Shown: positions 9,834 to 20,400 of the stretch, piece by piece
How positions within the stretch are numbered: the stretch's first letter is position 1
Layout of the letters: each line of letters starts with the position of its first letter
IMG/VR virus record: IMGVR_UViG_3300005289_000016
Span: 212,033 to 276,032 of that record
Length of the DNA: 64,000 nucleotides
Direction: 5' to 3' (one strand)
Translations under genes and position numbers: made by a program
Notes under the pieces: model-generated
Databases searched by the model: none
What the model was told of the DNA's origin: nothing
The model's input: the letters and a program-made list of their open reading frames with translations, nothing else

Positions 9834-10490
9834 ATGAATGCAAAGACGGTATTGGCAACTGTCCTCAACCCTCCTGTAACCACCTCTCTGGAGGCGTTAG
9901 CCCCTGCTGCCGGGCAGACTGTCAAGGAACGGGAATACGAGATCTACGGACGCGTAGACGACCTTGCAGCGATGCAGGCGGGTGCTCGTGGTAAAGAGTA
10001 CCAAGAACAATGGGGCATGCCGTGCGACTTCGGCAAAGACGCTGGCATCTTCGGCAGCATCCGTGTTCGGATGACTCGTGAAGGTGAGGGCGAAGGTGCG
10101 ACTGTGAAGTACGAGCAGACCATCAAGGAGAAGCAGCCTGATGGTAGCGATGAGAACGAGATCGAGATCGGTGAGGCTACCTTCAACATCTTCTCGCGGC
10201 TGGTGCCCAACGGTTTGGTGAAGACCCGCTACTTCTTCCCGCTGGAAGGCACTGAGCACGAGCTGCAAGTCGATGTCTTCAATGATGCCGACGGTAAGCA
10301 GTGCAATGTGGTGAAGATCGATCTGGAGGTCCCTGAGGGCATCTCCGTCGGTGAGATCAAGATCCCGTTCAAGATCGAGATCACCCGTGTCATCAAACCG
10401 GGCAAGAAATCGGCAGAGGACTCGGAGTACGTGCGTGACTTGTTCGCCAATCACTACGAAATCCCGAACCCGCAGCATAAACGCAAGTGA
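9834..10490 (+). CDS. CYTH / triphosphate-tunnel metalloenzyme family protein
   Basis: N-terminal EREYEIY (ExE motif), then SIRVR, TIKEK, ENEIEI, KTRYFFP, VDVF and IDLEV, the typical CYTH beta-strand series. Confidence 0.75.
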   Translation: MNAKTVLATVLNPPVTTSLEALAPAAGQTVKEREYEIYGRVDDLAAMQAGARGKEYQEQWGMPCDFGKDAGIFGSIRVRMTREGEGEGATVKYEQTIKEKQPDGSDENEIEIGEATFNIFSRLVPNGLVKTRYFFPLEGTEHELQVDVFNDADGKQCNVVKIDLEVPEGISVGEIKIPFKIEITRVIKPGKKSAEDSEYVRDLFANHYEIPNPQHKRK

Positions 10491-10493
10491 CGG

Positions 10494-10537
10494 CATAGAG
10501 ACCCACCAGCCTGTTTAAGGGCTGGTGGGTCTCTATG
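10494..10537. terminator. Bidirectional terminator
   Basis: 18-bp stem catagagacccaccagcc / ggctggtgggtctctatg between convergent genes. Confidence 0.85.
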
Positions 10538-10542
10538 TTGGA

Positions 10543-10755
10543 TCACGCGGTCGGAGACGGCGTATTCATCAGCGAGAGCAACGTATCGAGCAGCTTGTTA
10601 ATCAGCTCGAGGTTGATGCTACGCCCCTCCTTTAACGCAGCGATACACTCCACTGCGAAGGAGCCCACTACCAGTACAAGAATGGCAATGACGATGTAAG
10701 TGGTGAAGCCAGGCTTCTTGACGGCCTGTACCGGGGTGGCGCTTTCTTCGTCCAT
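10543..10755 (-). CDS. Small single-pass membrane protein
   Basis: SD GGAGG before ATG 10755; 70 aa; TM segment YIVIAILVLVVGSFAV. Confidence 0.7.
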   Translation of the reverse strand: MDEESATPVQAVKKPGFTTYIVIAILVLVVGSFAVECIAALKEGRSINLELINKLLDTLLSLMNTPSPTA

Positions 10756-10757
10756 GA

Positions 10758-11222
10758 TTAACCTCCAAGGGAAATGCCGAAGACTTTCCATAGAGCGCTG
10801 AACAACTCGCCCCAATGGAAATCACGATGGGCTGCCAGGTTGGAGATCATGATCGCACCCATTGACAGTGGCAGAACCACCAAGAATGCAGATGTCATGA
10901 ACTGTGGAGTGAGCACAGCACGCCGCAACGCGGCAGTGTCGTCGAGAGTCGCTGACTCCCCTTCATGCTCAATGACCATCCCGCCCCCCGCGGGAGTGGC
11001 CACGCAACGGCGGGTAGGATCGAGCTTAGCCCGAAGTACCAGATCACGTTGTTCAGCAGGGAGAGAATCCAGGGCGGTAGTGACATCCATGCCAGTGGAA
11101 TCTTCCGTGATTCTGTTCGCTTCATCGACGAACAGGTTTACCGTGTCTTTAACGACGCAACCCCATGGGAACGCTTTTAAGGGAGTGTTTCCCAAGACCT
11201 TTATAACGTCAGACATAAGCAT
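10758..11222 (-). CDS. Membrane protein with two C-terminal hydrophobic segments
   Basis: SD GAGGA; 154 aa; FMTSAFLVVLPLSMGAIMI and LFSALWKVFGISLGG. Confidence 0.65.
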   Translation of the reverse strand: MLMSDVIKVLGNTPLKAFPWGCVVKDTVNLFVDEANRITEDSTGMDVTTALDSLPAEQRDLVLRAKLDPTRRCVATPAGGGMVIEHEGESATLDDTAALRRAVLTPQFMTSAFLVVLPLSMGAIMISNLAAHRDFHWGELFSALWKVFGISLGG

Positions 11223-11239
11223 GACGTATTCCTCACAGG

Positions 11240-11836
11240 CTACTTCCTGAGGAACCCGGTCGCTTTTCGAATCGCTTCACCGTGTGCAACTGCTACGGCT
11301 ATGGCATCGTACTCGTGTTCCGTCAGGGTGTGTTTATCAATGTCCTTGTTGTAGCTAATGTTGGTCATGGCAAGGACGCAATCTTTGATCACGACCTTCT
11401 TCATGGTGAACTTTCCCGACTTAGCTGGTTGGACAGCACGCTTAGCTTCGCCTGGAGATACCCTGTAGATGTCCCGCCCCGAATGATCCTCTACCGCTTG
11501 ACGGATGAAGATCATCATCTCAGTCAACGTTTCGAAACTCTGGACACGCCGAGGCATGAAGAACGGAGTCTCTACAGCGACTGCATGTGGGTTATGGTAT
11601 CGCAATTCTCGACGGACACAGTCCTGAAGGGTGTTTTGTCTGGCCCATCTCGCACCATGAGAAACTACGTTCCCTTCGTGACGCGAGATGAGCTTTTCTG
11701 CCACGAACGTGTCTTTCGCCACGACGTGATAGTGACCCAGCCTAAGGTCGAGAAGAACAATCACCATCCCGAGCATGGACGAGCCATTATCGATCGCCAT
11801 GATCTTGTAGATGTATGAATCGTCTTGGTACTTCAT
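11240..11836 (-). CDS. ruvC: RuvC-like Holliday junction resolvase
   Basis: IMAIDNGS (catalytic D), VAVETPF (E), VSPGEAKRAV and EHEYDAIAVA (D). Confidence 0.85.
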   Translation of the reverse strand: MKYQDDSYIYKIMAIDNGSSMLGMVIVLLDLRLGHYHVVAKDTFVAEKLISRHEGNVVSHGARWARQNTLQDCVRRELRYHNPHAVAVETPFFMPRRVQSFETLTEMMIFIRQAVEDHSGRDIYRVSPGEAKRAVQPAKSGKFTMKKVVIKDCVLAMTNISYNKDIDKHTLTEHEYDAIAVAVAHGEAIRKATGFLRK

Positions 11837-11865
11837 TGTCTCACCTTAGGCGTCCGCCATTTAAC

Positions 11866-12780
11866 TTAGACAGCCAGCGACGTACCGGATGGACCGGTCG
11901 AAGCATTACCGCCGAGAAGCGACATGGTTACAGTTGGGATCTGACCTGTTGCCAACAGGGGCTGTACAGCGCCGACTTCAAGGTTGAAGTCAAAACCTTT
12001 GCTGTTGAAGATCAATTCATAGTGGCCGGAGATGATTGCAGTGATCTGCGCACCAATGGCTTCTTTGAACGACACAGTGCCTGCCGAGGTATTGATGGAG
12101 ACGTCAGCCATGACCGCGGTGCAGAAACCGAACTCAGAGATGATCGCCATGCGGCGGTCGCCAAAGAGGATTTCAGCCACGTTGTACATTTCGGCAACGT
12201 CTTGCTCGGTGAATGGCATTGGTACGATGGCCGAGGTGGCCAGGTACTCGTTGCTGGTGGTGACTGCTTCGTTGTTCGGAATCGCTGCCGGTGTAGGCGA
12301 CAGGTTCTGCTCGGTGTAGACGTACTCTTCGATCTCGGTCTGATCGTCGACCACAGTACGCTTGGTCATCTTCGGCACAACGCCGGCCATGCTCAGGCGC
12401 TTACCGTAGTAGGCGTAGTAATTGACGTTGTCGACCGTGATCATTTTGCGCAGGCAGTACTTGGTACGTTCGCCGGCGGTGAGGTCGTCGTTGATCGGAC
12501 GGATCACGAACGGCAGGTGTTTGAACAGACCTGCGTCGCCCGAGCTGTGGTCCAGGATGTCGGACAGCGGGATGTCATTCGGCCCCATGGTGTAGGCGTG
12601 ACCGCCGATACCGATGGTGTAGAACTGAAGCGTTGGGCGCATGCTCGGTTGGAGCACGGCGGACGCCTGAATGTCGAACTTCTGGTTCAGGGTCGTGTTG
12701 TCGAACTTCTCGAAAGCAGTGCCCAAGAAGTTGGACACCTGGAGATAGTTCGACAGCTGTGTCGGGACGATCTTTTGCAT
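11866..12780 (-). CDS. Putative virion structural (baseplate/tail) protein
   Basis: 304 aa; part of the late minus-strand structural block; TATGAA motif upstream. Confidence 0.6.
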   Translation of the reverse strand: MQKIVPTQLSNYLQVSNFLGTAFEKFDNTTLNQKFDIQASAVLQPSMRPTLQFYTIGIGGHAYTMGPNDIPLSDILDHSSGDAGLFKHLPFVIRPINDDLTAGERTKYCLRKMITVDNVNYYAYYGKRLSMAGVVPKMTKRTVVDDQTEIEEYVYTEQNLSPTPAAIPNNEAVTTSNEYLATSAIVPMPFTEQDVAEMYNVAEILFGDRRMAIISEFGFCTAVMADVSINTSAGTVSFKEAIGAQITAIISGHYELIFNSKGFDFNLEVGAVQPLLATGQIPTVTMSLLGGNASTGPSGTSLAV

Positions 12781-12812
12781 GGGACGGCCTTTATGGTCAG
12801 AAAGAAATACGG

Positions 12813-12818
12813 TTCATA
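12813..12818 (-). promoter_or_regulatory. Candidate late promoter core (TATG)
   Basis: TATGAA on the minus strand, 33 nt upstream of the 12780 start. The same hexamer occurs 20-30 nt upstream of four other minus-strand starts. Confidence 0.45.
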
Positions 12819-12833
12819 CGATAGCGTAAGGAA

Positions 12834-13844
12834 TCACTGGTCTTGGATCGGCAGGTTGTCGATCCGCTCACGACGCAGCCACGAGTCACGGTTGTAGTAA
12901 CCGATGATCCATTGCCCGCGGATATTCGAGCAGTACTCGTCAGCGAATTGAACGATCAAGATGTTGGACACCTTCGGATCGTTAATGTAAACCTCGCCCG
13001 TGTTCAAACCGTTGTAAACCACTTTCGTACCGTAGAGGTTGAAAGGGTTCTGGTTCTGCGTGAATACCCAGTCGTCGCCAGTAATGGCCTTCGCCGTGTC
13101 CACGATCCACTTGTCCACCAGATCACCCGGCTTCAGGTTCTTCATGACGTAGTCATGGTCCACGAAGCGGTTGTTAGGGAGGATCATCTCAGCCGGCATC
13201 TTGTGATGCTCCTCTGGACCCAAGTAACGCAGGACTTCCAGAGTGGTCTTGATGTTGCGATCGAGGAACTCAACGGCTTCCCGGATGTAGACGTGGATCT
13301 CACCGACGTAGACCGGATGCTCTGGCTTCATCTTGATGACGAGGTTGTAAGCAATCGGTTGTACGAAGTCGGCGCAGGCGTCGGTTTCCAGGATGGAGCC
13401 CATGTGCGTACGGAACAGTACTTCATTCAGACTCACCTCGAGGAACTCAATGGTAACGAGTTCTTTGTCGAGATAGAGACCATACTGTTCGCTCAAAGCT
13501 TTCAAAATAACTTCGTCGGTTTGGTCGGCGCAGTAGATAACGAAAGGCACGCTGATGAACTGATCCTGAATCACGCGGCGGCGGTACGTCAGCTGTGCTG
13601 ATTTGCGCCAGCCGGATTCAGGGGTCGGAAGGACTTCAATGCCGGTCAGGGTACCTTGGGTAGGCCGGACATTATTGTAGTCGTTCAAGTGTTGCACGTT
13701 GATCTGGGGCTCAGGCTCCGAGACCGGATACGGGAGACCGAACGTCACCTGCCACGGCTCAATGGCCGTTTGGTTCGTGGCGTTCAGGATGTCCAGCATC
13801 AATTGTTTGGCGGGCTTGTTGTACCGCACTGGACGGACGTACAT
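12834..13844 (-). CDS. Putative virion structural protein
   Basis: Start at MYVRP after GAGGT; contains the LTYRRR segment shared with neighbouring paralog-like baseplate proteins. Confidence 0.6.
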   Translation of the reverse strand: MYVRPVRYNKPAKQLMLDILNATNQTAIEPWQVTFGLPYPVSEPEPQINVQHLNDYNNVRPTQGTLTGIEVLPTPESGWRKSAQLTYRRRVIQDQFISVPFVIYCADQTDEVILKALSEQYGLYLDKELVTIEFLEVSLNEVLFRTHMGSILETDACADFVQPIAYNLVIKMKPEHPVYVGEIHVYIREAVEFLDRNIKTTLEVLRYLGPEEHHKMPAEMILPNNRFVDHDYVMKNLKPGDLVDKWIVDTAKAITGDDWVFTQNQNPFNLYGTKVVYNGLNTGEVYINDPKVSNILIVQFADEYCSNIRGQWIIGYYNRDSWLRRERIDNLPIQDQ

Positions 13845-13852
13845 GGTCACCT

Positions 13853-14296
13853 CTAGGCTTTCTGGATGGTCATCTGCCCATACCACCGCAGCGAGTTAGG
13901 AGACGCTCGCAGGATGGCGTTGGTGGGCGTAAGGACCACGGATTCAAAGTCCGACTCATCAAAGACGATGCCGGTGCGTTGCGTGATGTGACGAGCCACG
14001 TCATGACTGACCACCTCACCGAAGTAGTCCATGATGAACGGCCGGGGAAAGATGTCAGCCAAGTTCAAGCGCTTGACGGAGATGTCTCCGCTGCCACTGA
14101 ACCGGTTCTCCTCGGCGTTGGGACGCTGCTCCAGTGCTTTGATGCGAATGGTCAGGTCTGCACCGTTACTGCTCACCACCTGATCGAAACCAACGAACCG
14201 AGGGTTGAGCTGCGTGCCGTGCACATCGTTGAATGCAATCAGCAGTGCCTGATACGGAGGGTACGTGAGAAGCTGGTCAAGGGAGAAGTTCGCCAT
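13853..14296 (-). CDS. Putative virion structural protein
   Basis: 147 aa; ISVKRLNL and SPNSLRWYG, typical of this paralogous baseplate family. Confidence 0.6.
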   Translation of the reverse strand: MANFSLDQLLTYPPYQALLIAFNDVHGTQLNPRFVGFDQVVSSNGADLTIRIKALEQRPNAEENRFSGSGDISVKRLNLADIFPRPFIMDYFGEVVSHDVARHITQRTGIVFDESDFESVVLTPTNAILRASPNSLRWYGQMTIQKA

Positions 14297-14298
14297 AA

Positions 14299-15285
14299 TC
14301 AGATCGCCTTATAGTCGATGGTCAACTCGCCAGTGAAGCGCAGGTTGTCGTCTTTGAAGGTGATCGTCAGTGTCTCTACTTCGCCAACCGGGACGTTCGT
14401 GTAGGTTTGACTGATCACGTCTGCCACGGCTATCGGGAAGCCTGTCTGCAACGCCACCTGCTGCACCATGTACAGCGTGGTTGGCTTCGACGGACCCTCT
14501 ACCAAGAACTGTGCCCCGTTCTGACTCCAACCGAAGTCGTACCGTGTATAAACCAGATCCACCGACCCCAAGTAGTAACCGTCACCTGTAGCAGTGGCGG
14601 TGATCTTGGTATTGTCGTACTGGTAGCCGGAGATCTTCTCAGGCACACCGAACGATGTCAGGGCTGGTTCCAACGGATACAGTAAGGTTGGGCCGTTGTC
14701 CGAAGCCATCTGGTCCAGCAAGCGTGTCTTCGGATCGTTACTGAAGTAGCCAACGGTTCTGAAGCCTACCAAGGTCGTGTCTTTGATGACGTCGACCAAT
14801 TGACGCTGCTTAGGCTTGATGGTGAACGACGTTCCACCGTACAGCAGGAACTGACCCGGGTTGACCGTGATGGTCTGGCTCCCCACGACAGTCACTGGTG
14901 CATCGGCCACTTGCTCCGAACGGTCGTAGAGACCATTGGAGGTCAGGAAGATCTGCATCAACTTGCGAGTGGTGGTGGGCAGGTCCGCACGGATCGTGGT
15001 GCCAAAGCGGGCTTTAAGTGCAGCCATGGCCAGCCGACGATAACGAATGGTTTGCTCACCTGAGTGTGGCCAGAGTGACACGTGAGCTTTATCACGAGCC
15101 ACCTTGACCGGAGTCGTAGCGTACTGAGCGTCTGTGGGGTCCGCCGTGACTGCTCCACGCTCAAAGCCTGACGGATCAACGTCTTTCTTGAGCAGGGTGC
15201 TCAGGAGGCGTTCGAACGCCTCCTGGTCGGACTCCTGAAGCGCAGTCAGGGACAACTGCGTTCCATTAAGGGTTTGTGAAGGCAT
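14299..15285 (-). CDS. Putative virion structural protein (two repeated domains)
   Basis: 328 aa; IRYRRL...LLYGG and LVYTRY...LRFTGEL form two similar halves. Confidence 0.6.
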   Translation of the reverse strand: MPSQTLNGTQLSLTALQESDQEAFERLLSTLLKKDVDPSGFERGAVTADPTDAQYATTPVKVARDKAHVSLWPHSGEQTIRYRRLAMAALKARFGTTIRADLPTTTRKLMQIFLTSNGLYDRSEQVADAPVTVVGSQTITVNPGQFLLYGGTSFTIKPKQRQLVDVIKDTTLVGFRTVGYFSNDPKTRLLDQMASDNGPTLLYPLEPALTSFGVPEKISGYQYDNTKITATATGDGYYLGSVDLVYTRYDFGWSQNGAQFLVEGPSKPTTLYMVQQVALQTGFPIAVADVISQTYTNVPVGEVETLTITFKDDNLRFTGELTIDYKAI

Positions 15286-17455
15286 CGCTTTGAGTCCTGT
15301 CGAATAGATCAGCGATTGGCTTGGTTGGCATGGCTGGGATAGTGATCGACTTGCCATTGAGGCTTGCCAGATCTACACCAGGTTGGGTCACGACGCCGAA
15401 GAGGGTGCCCAATGCTACGCCGTGTTGCAGGAACTGGTTCAGTCCTGACAACTCGAACTTCAAGCCAAGGTCCACGCCCATGTCGTGAGCCGAATGCTGG
15501 TCCATGGTTTGGATGGTTACGCCACTGACATCAATCAGCTTGTGCAGCTTGGCCTTCCCGTAGAGTTCCATTGGGAGCGCTAGGGTGGCCGGGAGCCGCA
15601 TGTCGTGAGCAGTGTGTCCGCCAGTGTTGTGCCAACGGATGTGCCCCCAGTCAAGCATGACCACGGCGTCTTCGTTGATCTGCTGGATGTACTGCACGCT
15701 GTACGAAGACAGTTGCGACATGATGTTCAGCATGGCTTTCTGGATGTCTTGCAAGGTCAGTGAGGTTCTCAACTGCAAGCCAGTGGCCTGGTTGATTACC
15801 GACAGCATGATCTCGTCCAGTTCAGCCGGAGAATACCCTTCGAAACTCAAGCCACGGTCACGCAGCCACGTCGGGTAGTTCTGACCATGGTCCATGTCGA
15901 CTGGCATGTCAGCATAGAAGCGGTTGGTCATCAACTGCATCTCAGCGTACGTCCACAAGTCTTCCCGGAAGACGTACAGATCGCGGTGCAGAAGCATGCG
16001 TTTCTGAATGTCTTGGCAAACCTTGAGGAAAGCATCCACGGAGACATAGCTGGTGATGTCGACGTTGTCCTTCAGAGCGGCTCTGATGAACTTATCGGAC
16101 ACATTGGCCCGGGTGGTCATACTGCGCAGCTCATCGAACTCAGGCAACGGCATGCGCCGCACCCGCTTGGCTCGGATCTGAGGGATCTCCACCATGTCCA
16201 CGCCTAACCGAAGCATGTACAGGTACTGGTAAACGAGGAATGCTTCCTTCATCGACAGCTTGAAGCTCTCTCCGCCGTTCGGAAGCTGTAACGTGAGCAC
16301 CGTTTTATAGATGCCAAGGTCCGCAAAGTAGATCCACTGGTTCAACAACACATCTGCCAGCGTGTAAGGCTCCGATTCCTTCATGTCAAGCACGTTGGAC
16401 TCGAGAACTTTGGTGTCCACTTGAGCACTGAGGCTCCGAACAGCCGCTGCCGGGATGTACTGCTCAGCGTATTCCTCTTCGCCGACGTTGGAACGGGCCA
16501 ACTTGCGCTGAAGGTCCAGCATTTGACGCGTGTTTTTGAGATCGAGACCCAACGCTGATGGGATACCGTTGATCGAGGTCCGCATGTACTGGATCTGCGG
16601 GTCGAAATCAGTGGTCACGTTGCCATCGTTCTGCTGCAAGGTGTATTCAGCGACCGGGAAGTTACGCTCGGTCATCACATTGCCGACTAATTCACGGAAG
16701 ATCTCGTCTTTACCGTTGTTACGCATGATGTAACGGATGTTCCGGTAGAAATAAAGCCGTTGGAACTCGTTCATCTGGGTGTAGTACTGGTCCAGCGGCC
16801 CAAACGACGCCAAGTAGCGACGAATGTGGTAGCTGTGTACCTGAGGTGTGTGGCAGTTCTGAGTCCGGAGGCTTTTAATAGCTCCCGGCATGGCCATAAA
16901 GAGGATACCCAACCGCGCAGCCGTGAAAAGGCTGTTGTTGATGCGGTAATCGTCCTGTGCCCAACGTGTAAACTGTGCTGTGATCCAGTCTTGCAGCTTT
17001 GGAATCAGGTTCGTCTCACGCCCTTCAACCAACGAAGAGTCAAAATAGAGAATACTATGATCCGGCGCGGCAATTGCCGTGGCCATATCCACCGGGCTCA
17101 AAATCCCGTGGATCAACATGTCCTGAGTCGGGTACTTGGTGATCAATTCGGTGTAATACCGAGAGCCGTATTGGTACTCACGCCAAGTGGCTCGGTGGAT
17201 GTCCATATTTTCACGTGTGAAGTCGATTTCCTCATGAGTATCCATGGAGGTGACTTTCATCAACGTATCGGTCGGGTGATACTGACCATTCAGATTGAGG
17301 TAATACTTCCAGGTCTCTGGTGCGTCGTCGAGAACCTCTTTTCCAAGAGCCGACACGCGTCCATTGATGACCTGACAAGTAGCCTCATCTTTCACCACAA
17401 GAGTGGCGGCCAGTTTGGTCACCGACTCGTGATAGATCTGATAAAGATTACTCAT
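15266..17455 (-). CDS. Large virion structural protein (phiKZ gp128-like, baseplate wedge-type)
   Basis: 729 aa; TWKYYLNLNGQYHPTD; divergent from the portal gene, as in phiKZ-like phages. Confidence 0.65.
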   Translation of the reverse strand: MSNLYQIYHESVTKLAATLVVKDEATCQVINGRVSALGKEVLDDAPETWKYYLNLNGQYHPTDTLMKVTSMDTHEEIDFTRENMDIHRATWREYQYGSRYYTELITKYPTQDMLIHGILSPVDMATAIAAPDHSILYFDSSLVEGRETNLIPKLQDWITAQFTRWAQDDYRINNSLFTAARLGILFMAMPGAIKSLRTQNCHTPQVHSYHIRRYLASFGPLDQYYTQMNEFQRLYFYRNIRYIMRNNGKDEIFRELVGNVMTERNFPVAEYTLQQNDGNVTTDFDPQIQYMRTSINGIPSALGLDLKNTRQMLDLQRKLARSNVGEEEYAEQYIPAAAVRSLSAQVDTKVLESNVLDMKESEPYTLADVLLNQWIYFADLGIYKTVLTLQLPNGGESFKLSMKEAFLVYQYLYMLRLGVDMVEIPQIRAKRVRRMPLPEFDELRSMTTRANVSDKFIRAALKDNVDITSYVSVDAFLKVCQDIQKRMLLHRDLYVFREDLWTYAEMQLMTNRFYADMPVDMDHGQNYPTWLRDRGLSFEGYSPAELDEIMLSVINQATGLQLRTSLTLQDIQKAMLNIMSQLSSYSVQYIQQINEDAVVMLDWGHIRWHNTGGHTAHDMRLPATLALPMELYGKAKLHKLIDVSGVTIQTMDQHSAHDMGVDLGLKFELSGLNQFLQHGVALGTLFGVVTQPGVDLASLNGKSITIPAMPTKPIADLFDRTQSDAFTNP

Positions 17456-17489
17456 CGTTCGATTTCCAGACGGATATATAGAGGTAAAC

Positions 17490-20400
17490 ATGACTGACGA
17501 AGTACGGCGGTTTACGAGATTCGCTACGAACCGTTCTATTCCGAACGAGGTCAAGGCAGCTATCTCCAAACTCGGTGCCGATCCCCATGGACCTGGTAAC
17601 CAACGCAAAAACATGCGGCTACCCGATGGTCGTGTGCTGGCTCACGTTGCCAACACGACCATCGGTAACATCCGCGATGCTCGCAACTTGTTCCAAGTCT
17701 TGCCGGACATGGACTATGCGCGACAGATCGTCAACTCGGCAACGATCTCCCCGGGTGACTTGACCGACACCAAGGTTCTGTACACGATCAAAGATGCATC
17801 CATGGATAGCAACCTCTCTGGGCCTCTGCTCAGGAAGGTACAGGAGTTCTTCGATAATTCCTATAGGATTAGGCCGCTGCTGCAACCGATCTTGAACGAT
17901 GTATTGTTCGAGACAGGTAGCTACCCGATCCTCATTATGCCGGAATCCTCGATCGACCGAATCATCAACGCCGACAACTATGGTGGCGTGTCGATGGAAT
18001 CGGCAGTGGAGACTCTGGACGGTCACCTGCGTCAGGAAACTGATGACAAAGGTAACTACGTGCCATGGGGTATCTTGGGTAACTCCGGTAATGCTCCAGC
18101 CAAGGTCGACAGCTACACCGGTGTGTCGTTTGAAAGCCTGTCGTTCGGCCATGACCGTACCATCGGTAACTGGGATGGTGAAGTCAAGGTCTCCAACTTC
18201 AAAGTCAGTCTCGAGCAGTTGCTGGTTGACGTAGAAGAGAACAAGGAAGCCCGAACCAAGCTGACCGAAGCGAGCACCAAGCTGGTCAAACTGGTGGAAG
18301 GTAAAGGTTCGACCATTCAGGTGACAGACAACCTGTCCATCCTGAAGCGTCCGATGGTCGTGGATGCCAAACGCAAGATCGCAGTACGTCGTATCTACGG
18401 TGGTAAGCTGCATCAGCGTGCATCGCTTGAGTCTCGTGCTCAGAGCGGTGATAAAGAAGCCATGCGCAACTTGGCGGCCGTTGAACGCAGCATGTACCAG
18501 AAGCGTCGCTACCAGCACGTTCCGGTGCAGCCGCTGCTGACTCACGCTCAGACTGGCATGGACACCTACGGTCACCCGCTGGTCATGCACCTGCCATCTG
18601 AATCGGTCATCCCGATCCACGTTCCAGGCAACCCGTCTGAGCACGTCGGCTACTACGTCATGCTCGACATCGACGGTAACCCAATCAACATCGCGGACCA
18701 ATCGTCGTACATCGATGACATCCGTTCGCAGATGAACAACGTCGACAGTTATGCTTCTCAGATCATCCAACAAGCCCGCCGGGGCTTCGATGGTTCGGGT
18801 GGCATGCAGAACGAGATCGTTGATGAGCTGGGTAAAGTCTACTCCGATACCGTAGAACGTGATCTGTTGGCACGTCTGCGCAGTGGTGCTCTGTCGGGCA
18901 ACTACGAGCTGGGTAAGACCGAGAACATCAACCGTATGATGTTTGCTCGCCACATGAAAGGTCAGAAGACCGTCATGTTGTTCGTTCCGCCAGAGATGAT
19001 GACCTACATCGCCTTTGACTACAACGAATTCGGCGTTGGTAAGTCGGTGCTGGAAGACGGCAAGATCCTCGGGTCGATCCGTGCTTCGATCATGTTGGCC
19101 AACACCCTGGCTACTCTGAACAACGCTGTCGGTGGCAAGACCATCGAGATCGAGTTGGACCCTGAAGATGAAGACCCAGTGTCGACGGTGGAGTTCATGC
19201 TCTCCGAACACGCTAAGGTTAACAGCCAAGGCTTCAGCAAGATCATCGGCTCTACCCACCCGTTGGGCTTGGCCGATCAGATCCAGAACCATGGTGTGAA
19301 CGTGGTGGTCTCCGGTAACAGCCGGTACCCTGAAACCAAGTTCAACGTCAACCAGCGCGAAGGGCAGAACAAGCCAGTCGATGCTGATTTCGAAGAAACC
19401 ATGCGTCGTCGTCACATCCAGATGTTCGGTCTATCGCCGGAGGTCATGGAAGGTATCAACCAGACTGACTTTGCAACCACGGTGGTTCAGAACAACCTGA
19501 TGCTGTTGAAGCGGGTGATCCAGAACCAAGAGAAGTTCGAGCCGTTCCTGACGGACTTCGTACGCCGTTACGTGTTGAACTCGGGGATCTTCCTGACCGA
19601 GATGCGTCAACTGATTACCGACAACAAGCAGTACCTGCCAGAGCACATCACCCAAGACCCGGCACTCAGCGGGGACGAAGGGCTGCAAGTGGACGCGTTC
19701 CTTTACGAGTTCATCGAAGCACTGTGCGTTGGTCTGCCAGCTCCAGAAGTGGGCGACATCAAGAAGTCCATGGATTCCTTCGATGCCTACTCCGAAGCGT
19801 TGGACAAGGTCATCGACGCCTACCTCAACGAAGAGATGTTTGCTGCGGATACGTCCATCGGCATGGAAGAGCTCATTCCAAACATCAAAGCCGTTGTCAA
19901 GGCGGAGTTCCAACGTCGCTGGCTGCGTCACAACAACGTCATGCCAGAACTCGATGTGTTCAACACGGTCACCGAAGAAGAAGGCTCTCCAGTCTTCGAT
20001 CTGCTGGAGGCTACTGTCGAGCATGTGGACGGTCTCAACAACTCGATCTCCGAGTACGTCAAGCGGGTGGTTAAGGCTGCCAAGCGTCGTGCGAAGGTGC
20101 TGGAGAAGATTGCTACCGAGAAGGCTGACTTGGAAACTGCGAAGAACTCTGCTACTGATGCTGCTACTGGCGGCGATGGTGGTCTGGGCGATGGCACTGA
20201 TCCGACGTTGGATGCAGATCCAAACGCCGATCCTAGCCTGGACGGTGGTGACGGAATGGACTTCGACACTGATCCGAATGCCGACCCAGATGCAGATCCT
20301 GATCTGGCTGATCCAAACGCAGATCCAGATGCCGACCCGAACGCTGACCCAATGGCGGACTTGGATGCCGATCCTGACGCGGACCCGGCAGATCCAGATG

